Positions 57,217 through 64,000 of a stretch of DNA of 64,000 nucleotides are shown in pieces. A model generated the notes under the pieces. The model was not told the origin of the DNA. It ran no database searches and worked only from the letters and a program-made list of their open reading frames with translations. A program made the position numbers and the translations under genes. Each line of letters opens with the position of its first letter. The stretch's first letter is position 1. Source of the DNA: Octopus sinensis (Eukaryota); assembly GCF_006345805.1 (NCBI RefSeq), contig NW_021832829.1:496001-560000 (forward strand), written 5' to 3'.

Positions 57217-57599
57217 AGCGCAATCAGAAGAATTTGCGTAAAAATATTAACTATTTACTTGAGTTTTTCGTAAAGATAGAATTTTTTTTCGGTATGCCTC
57301 TTTTCCTAAACTTTTTTATTATTCAAAAATAATTTTTTAAATAGATAACCGAAGGAGGAAAAACGAAGCTGAAGAAAAAACGTCAGCTTAATAAGGTAAT
57401 TAATTAAATCTTTTTTGTGTGTCGCTTTTGTGTGTCGCTTTTTGCCTGCCGCATCTCTGCTGCCCGCATTTTCGCCTGCCGCATCTCCCCCTGCCCCATT
57501 TCCGCCAGTAAAAATAAAAAAAGAAAAAAAGGAAATTACAAAGGAAAAATGAAAAAATTAAATATAAAAAAAATAAACCACAAAAAATGAAAAAAAAAA

Positions 57600-57787
57600 G
57601 TTTGCAATGACAATAAACAAGGCCCAGGGACAGTCATTAAAGGTAGTTGGGTTATTTTTAGAGTGAGTGCTTTTCACATGGACAGCTGTATGTGGGATGC
57701 TCGAGGGTAGGCAGAAGAGAAAATTTATTCATATATGCCAAGGAAGGACGGACGACAAACATCGTTTATCAACAGGCGATAGAATAG
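57600..57787 (+). pseudogene. Helitron PIF1-like helicase C-terminus
   Basis: FAMTINKAQGQSLKVVG..CFSHGQLYVGCSRVG..GRTTNIVYQQAIE*. Confidence 0.85.
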
Positions 57788-58092
57788 GGTTACATTAAAC
57801 CAGGTAGTTTTATACATCTACATAAACTTATAGTTGTTTGATGAAACAGGCCCTCCGCAGGAGCTAGGTCGCGGTAAGCGAAGCGAGCTGCCGAGCTAGT
57901 TTTTAATAAAATTTTCTTTTCTTAAACATACCTGTTTTTATCTCATTTTTTTCAAAGGCTAAAAAATTAAACAAAGTTTTTTACATAATAAAACATTTAA
58001 AAATAATCCAAAGAAAATTTTATTTTAAAAATTTTGACATTTTAAACAAACATTCACAAAATCAAATGCTAATTAGTTTTGGGACAAATTAC

Positions 58093-59121
58093 TTAATACT
58101 TTGTAAAGTATCCGTTATTCTCCAAAACTGCATTTAAGCGATTTTTATAATTGTTAACAAGCTTTTTACAAGTTTAAACAAGAATTTTATTCCATTCTTC
58201 AAAACTAAATGATTTTAATTCCGCGATATTTTTTGGATTATGCGCCCATACTTTGGCTTTTAATTCTTCCAAAGGTTTTCAATCGGATTAAGATCTGGGG
58301 ACTGACTTGGCCATTCAAGGGTATCAATCAAATGTTCTTCTAGCCATTTTTGAGTTTTTTTTCGGTGTGCTTTGGATTATTGTCTTGTTGAAATGTCCAA
58401 TTTCCTGCAATACCACATTTCTCAATTGACGAAAATAGATTTTTTTTCCAAAATATCAGAGTATTTAGAAGCATTCAATATACCGTCAATCACATGAAGT
58501 TCTCCAACGTCCTAAGAAGAAAAACACCCCCCATATCATAATACTGCCACCTCCATGTTTAACTGTTGGTATGGTATTTTTTGGACGATATTCATCCTTC
58601 GATTTACGCCACACGTAGCTTGTATATAATTGTGTCAAAAATTTCTATCTTTGTTTCATCCGACCAAATAATATTATTTAGAAAGTCGTCGTATTTAAGT
58701 AAAATTTTTTGGCATATTTTAGCCGTGCATGGACGTGTTTCTTAGTAAGCGGCGGAACTTTACGTGGACGACATTTCTGAAACCCTTCTTTTCTTAGGGC
58801 ATTTGTAACAGTCTGTGAGCATACTGGTGTTCCTATCTCATCCATCCAAGTAAGTAGAGAGTTGTTTACGAGATAATCTCGGATTATCAAGCACTTTTCG
58901 TCTAATTATGGAAATTGATCGAGATGAGATTTTTTTTGGTTGTCCTGATCTTGGCTTATTTTTGGTAGTTTTAAATAATTTCGATTTATTGATAATGTTC
59001 CATACTGTACTCTTTGGAATATGAACACTTTCGGAAATTTTTCGGATTGAGTTTCCTGCATTGCATATTCAAGAAGTATAAGTATTTTTATTTCCTCTGA
59101 ATGTTCTCTTCGCTTAAGCAT
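58093..59121 (-). pseudogene. Tc1 DD34E transposase with stops and frameshifts
   Basis: [48 protein letters not shown]. Confidence 0.9.
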
Positions 59122-59194
59122 GTACAAAATTTTTTTAAATATACGAATTAATCCGGAATTAGTATAATTTCGTTGATCGATATGTAGATGAATT

Positions 59195-59430
59195 CAATTA
59201 TTTTATTATTATTATTATTATTTAAAGACCAACACGGGCAAAGCCAGTTATAGTTATTCCCGTGATCGCCGATCCAAACGAGGGAGATCCTCCTGAAAGG
59301 TTCAATCCTTCCCGCAAGATCGGCCTGAGACGACGATGTCCCAGGGTCTGAGAAGCTAAGAGTCCTTTTTCGGTAGGCATTAAGTGCCTCCTGAGCGTTG
59401 CCATATCCGGAGGAATTTCCAACTGACATC
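59195..59430 (-). mobile_element. LINE 3' end with (TAA)n tail inserted between the Tc1 ORF and its outer right terminus
   Basis: (att)n run at about 59200-59222, cacggg/cccgtg stem, GC-rich coding remnant. Confidence 0.6.
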
Positions 59431-59789
59431 AAAAAGTAAATAAATAACTAACTGTCCCAAGACTAATTGGAACATGATATTCTATCTGTTGGAAATAAAT
59501 GTGAAATTTTTCTATAAATAAAACGAATTTTGTAATTTTTATGATCTAGGATGTAAAGAAAACTAGGAGCACTATTATACTATTGGAAAAATTAATAAAA
59601 ACAGCTATATTAACGAAAATAAAATTTTATTAAAATAAACAAGTGTCCCAAGACTAATTTGACCCACTGTATAAATTCTCTTATGAAATTTAAAGTAATT
59701 TTATACATCGTTTATCGAGTTATTAACAATAGATTAAAAATTTCTATCCTTTGTTAAGATTTTTGTTTAGCTTTCTATCCTTTGTTAAG

Positions 59790-60005
59790 AAGGTGGCCCA
59801 TGCAGAGGAATTTCGTCGGTTTATAAAGAAATGCACTCCAATTGAGTTCCTCTGCAGAAGGAAGAGAAGGCGTTTCCGGATTACGGTCGGGTCATCAGAA
59901 GATCATGCAAGGAGAGTACGGCTGTTGTTGGAGGCAGGATCACCTAATTAGTTAGTTCTGACTATCTTTCTCGGTGATCTTGGAGTTAATAAATAAATAA
60001 ATAAT
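59790..60005 (+). mobile_element. LINE 3' end with (TAAA)n tail
   Basis: 10-bp stem caggatcacc/ggtgatcttg before the tail. Confidence 0.55.
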
Positions 60006-60549
60006 CGAAAATGATCGTTCCACTGCGCACAATGTAGCTTGACATTTTATCGATAAATAATCCGGACGTGAAACGAATTATCTTCAAAATTCATTATTTT
60101 GTGATATCATTAGATTTCGTTCTTTTTTAATATAATTTTTTATTCCACATACGTCTTCTTTAAAATCCAATTTCTTTAAATTATTGTATGCTTTATTTAT
60201 AGTAAAATTAGTCGATTCGTATATCGTCATGTAATAAAGGTGAATATTGTAATATTATCGTCGTCAGATCTTTGAAGTTGTTGTTTATTAAATAACATTC
60301 CTTCCTTCTTTCTTTAATAAGCAAAGAATATCCTTCTAAGGAAGTGGATACTTGAATAAAATTTGGCAGGTTTGTAGCATAGTAAGAAAGCTTTTGACTT
60401 AGCTTCCTCACCTCGTAACTATTGGTTCTGGGGATAGCCAATTTCTTTAAACATTGAGTTCAATAACTGTAAACTTTATATTTTAACAACTTCCAATTAA
60501 AAATACTTGATAACCTAAGCAAATTTGGAACTTTTCTTTGGAATTATTA

Positions 60550-61020
60550 TTTAGTTAGTTAGTTATGTTACCCCCCGGCTTCACTAACACGTAGGAAGCC
60601 GGCTGCAATCAGGTAGCGAGACGCGAAGATCGGGCGCTCCCAGAGATCCCGAATCCCAATAGGCGGAGACAAGTGAGGCGGTCCAGGACAGGGGAAGAGG
60701 TCTTCGGGGGGAAGGAACGGTATGTTTTCAAAAATCAGTGGATGATGACCTGAGCGAATCTGAGCAAGCTGGACACGGAGATATCTGCCGAGTGATTGCT
60801 CTGAGGAGTGGACCGGCGGGGGGGAGAGTTGAGAAGTTTGTTGTTTTTTAGCATCCTGATAGCACGAGTGGAGATGTGGTCATGGATTAGTTTATTCGCA
60901 GTTTTCCCATTGTTGGTTGAGAGTATTTTTGATAGACATCTACATTGATCGGCCAGAGTAGAAATGATGTGTCTTTTGTTTTCTGGATAGAGATTTTGTG
61001 ACTTGGATGTGAAGAGTCTT
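60550..61020 (-). mobile_element. LINE 3' end with (TAAC)n tail
   Basis: DLFPCP..L..RDLWERP..YLIAAGF C-terminus; ccggcttc/gaagccgg hairpin. Confidence 0.65.
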
Positions 61021-61604
61021 GTATTTCCTGTAGGAGGAAATTATTATTTAATTTTATTAGGATAATTATTATTTGCAATTTTTATTTTTCGCTAAGTACA
61101 AAATATGAATTTAAAATAAAATCATTTTTTGGAATGTTTCATTTAATAGATTTGTGAAAATCGATTAATACATATTTTATTTGTGGTAACGAAATTAGTG
61201 ACGGTTTATGCATATGCAATGTGCAAATAAATGATTATAAATATCTCGAATTTAGCAATTATAACAAAAATTACCAATAGATTGTATAATGAATGTTACT
61301 GTATATATTTTTGTTGCACAATAAATGAAATAATGCGTCAAGACTGTATTTAAGCACGTATTCGTTGATTAACTAAATGAAAAAAGATCCCAAAAAGTTT
61401 CTTATATTTTAATTTTTTGTATTTTTTTAAAAAGTACAAATATGCTTTAAAAATATTATGAACTAAAAATAATGTTAAAATTTTAAACAAATTAAATGTT
61501 TCGTAGCATTAGATTTTTATTCTTGTGGTTGCTTGTCCTCACAATTTTTTGTTTAAAAATATAATTATTTTTTTTGATTTTCGATGATTAAATTAAATAT
61601 TAGA

Positions 61605-62140
61605 ATGGAGAGCAAAGATCAAACTGACCGTCCAATTCACCCTCAACTATGTAAGGCACAATGCGGTTTTTATGGTTCTGAAGCCAATCTTGGCTACTGT
61701 TCAAAATGCCACAGAGACTTATTTCCTGAACGTGAAAAAGGTACAACATGTATGACATCACAATAGCTACGTCACTAAAAGAGGTCATACCAGCTACTTC
61801 AGTGGTTGAAGAGCCAGTGTGTCCCGTCGTTACTGAATGTGAGAAACTCGAGGACAAGCCTGTTGAAAACCCTCCTCGTACAAAATTGTTTATTAGTTCT
61901 CTCAGAAACCAAAAAACCAAAAAGAAGATGTTTGCTATGTAAAGTTAAGTTGTCGATTACTGGTGAGTGTAATTAACGAGATATGTTGCAGCTTTTAGTT
62001 GCCGGTGCGGAGGATTTTACTGTGATTATCATCGATTCAGTGACCGACATGATTGTACCTTTGATTACCGCGCAATGGCCTCGGAGGAAATCCGTAAAAA
62101 CAACCCTGTTGTTAAGGGGGACAAATTTAAAAGATTGTGA
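61605..62140 (+). CDS. A20/AN1 zinc-finger protein (ZFAND5/6 family)
   Basis: A20 LCKAQCGFYGSEANLGYCSKC; AN1 CLLCKVKL..FSCRCGGFYCDYHRFSDRHDCTFDY..IRKNNPVVKGDK. Confidence 0.92.
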
Positions 62141-63447
62141 CTCTCATGAAACTTGTTTGTTTTATCTTATATTCTTTTATTGACCTTCTTTTTTATCGTT
62201 TAGTTGTGCAAATGGATGTTTTATCTTTGTTTTGGTTAAGCTTAATCTTGATAAAATATGATTCATTCTTTAAATGTTAACTCTCTTAATGATTTTTTAA
62301 TAAAAAATGTGTAATTGGAACTGTGGGTGAAGTGCACAGATGTTATGAAGTTCAACCTGGCTCATTTGAGATAAAAATTCTTATATAAATGAAGAATTAT
62401 TTGACACGTTTTACCAACTTGAGTTAGACCAGATATTTTGAAGTGACGGTGGATATCTGGTCAATATTGAAGTTTCTTCATTGAGTCGATTATTTGTATT
62501 GGGTTTAAATGATATTTGAATAGTTTTTAGAATTCAATATTTTTAAGCTTAAAATTTGATATTTCCTGATTATCTGGATAAAAAGATTATTGTTACAAAA
62601 TTGTTCATAATCTTTGAATACCCTAAATATTATTTGGACAAAAATGTTTGAAGTTCAATTTGTAAATAAAACTAGAAGTAATCCAAAAAAGATGAGGTAT
62701 TCGTTCTTAGTTCGATTCTGTTAGTTTTAGACGTTCTATACATGGAAATCAAAAAGCTACTTAAATAAATAAACAAAATAAATGTGGAAAGGATCGATGA
62801 AACTTTCTATATCAAATTTTTGTTTAAAAGCTTTTGCTAGACAATCGTTCTATACAACTAAGTAACGAAGAATATTTTTAAAATCTGCTATTTCATTTTT
62901 ATTGTAGTGTGGCTGGTTAAACGCTAGAAAACTGACATCCCATCCGGAGATTCATTTTATCTAAAGTCCGTATGTGATGAGATCTTCATGATGACGTTAC
63001 TCGTCAAACCCGATTGGAGCTTTCAGCGGAGGCAGCTGTTGGAGTTGAACCCGAGATCTGTCAGATGTCTTCAATACTTTAATTATCAATTAATTCTGTT
63101 TCAAAAAGTTTGGATTGTTTAGATACTACCATTTTGCGATACATTCCAGAAATGACCAAAAAAACCCCATAGAAGTTTTGTCAATAACTCAGAATTTCTA
63201 AAAAATAGACAAATAGATAAAAATTAAGTAATATTAAAATGAATTATTTTTAATTCAAATATTTAATTTTGTTGTGCTGTTTATTTTACGGATGTCTTTG
63301 CGTGAAGCTGATCTGGATTCATTAAAGAATAACCAAATGCAATCAAAATTTGAAAATTTTTTAGAAGAGGTTAATTTTTTAATTAATATTAGAATGAGTT
63401 TACATTCAACTTCAACTATCAAACTCAAAAAGAATTTAATGTAAACT

Positions 63448-64000
63448 TTGAAAACTTATTTCAAGAACATCTTTGAATTCCTCACATGCTTGCTAAATTC
63501 ACCCGAAAGAACCCAACTCCACGGGATAATCACATCTGTGCTTACATGTCTCATCAGAGATCCAATGAGCTCCCATCCTTTAGAGAATACAACCTTAATA
63601 GACAGATTGATGTGTGAAAATGAATCAATCTCAAAAAGTACTACATACCTTATTTATTTAGTATCAAAACTGAAATGTCTGTATAATTCCTGCCTTCGAT
63701 CATCCAAGGTGATGAAATCTTTGATGTATAAATAAATATTATTTTTAATAGAGAAAATGTTGATTTTATTGACAAAATCATTAAAATTACAGTGGAATCC
63801 CAAAATGAAAAGGTTTTTGATATTTTTATGTGTATTTTCTGTCTTCTTTATTTATTGTGAGTTGTAGTGGATTGCTTTGAAGTTGCTGAGCTATTTGAGT
63901 TGCCTGTCGTCATTCCCGCTTAGTAAACTGGGGAATATTTTGCCAAATATTGTTGATTCCTGCAAAAAATCTTCGCAGAATTCAGAAGACGAGTTTATTG
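63448..64000 (+). CDS. Probable helical-repeat protein of unknown family, running off the window end
   Basis: 95-aa open segment with amphipathic pattern; further exon-like sequence follows. Confidence 0.35.

Larger units (their letters stand above)
55746..57899 (+). mobile_element. Complete non-autonomous Helitron (2154 bp)
   Basis: 5' A|TC, 3' CTAG|T, GC-rich subterminal hairpins, helicase C-terminal remnant; removing it restores the Tc1 inverted repeat. Confidence 0.9.
55712..59669 (-). mobile_element. Tc1-family transposon (long IR/DR ends), carrying nested insertions
   Basis: Termini cagtgagtcaaattagtcttgggacac / gtgtcccaagactaatttgacccactg, TA on both sides; inner repeats near 58070 and 59452. 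Confidence 0.92.

Noticed and set aside
59741-59790. 19-bp direct repeat tttctatcctttgttaaga
   Set aside because: A local duplication at a LINE 5' truncation junction; no further structure.
62290-63200. Exon-like stretches downstream of ZFAND
   Set aside because: Multiple stops in all frames and no coherent splice model or family match by eye.

Overview
AT-rich eukaryotic DNA from an animal with a very compact gene structure. Host genes are broken by ultra-short spliceosomal introns (those I measured are 23-36 nt, one 54 nt), which points to a reduced parasite such as a dicyemid mesozoan or a myxozoan (inference, not proven). The standard genetic code fits throughout. Recognisable host genes: a PAP2 phosphatase, MELK, LRRC57, HSP90B1/GRP94, ARPC1, WDR4/Trm82, a kinectin/RRBP1-like membrane coiled-coil protein, myosin regulatory light chain, GALE, a shortened CKAP5/XMAP215, ZFAND5/6, and a cathepsin L-like pseudogene. 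The intergenic space is packed with transposable elements: about nine CRE-like RT+RLE non-LTR fragments, an R4/Dong-like RLE family, APE-type LINEs, Buster-type hAT pieces plus a MITE with a perfect 8-bp TSD, pogo/Tigger remnants, a Ginger-like TGT...ACA integrase transposon, and a Tc1 element whose left inverted repeat is split by a complete non-autonomous Helitron carrying two tandem arrays. I found no CRISPR array, rRNA or tRNA, and no convincing new multi-gene system. The best leads are the Ginger-like element, a covarying hairpin cluster at the 5' end of the R4-like family, Helitron capture and amplification of that family's 5' flank, loss of TOG3-TOG4 in XMAP215, and the micro-intron architecture. 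TE boundaries are approximate unless a TIR/TSD is quoted.
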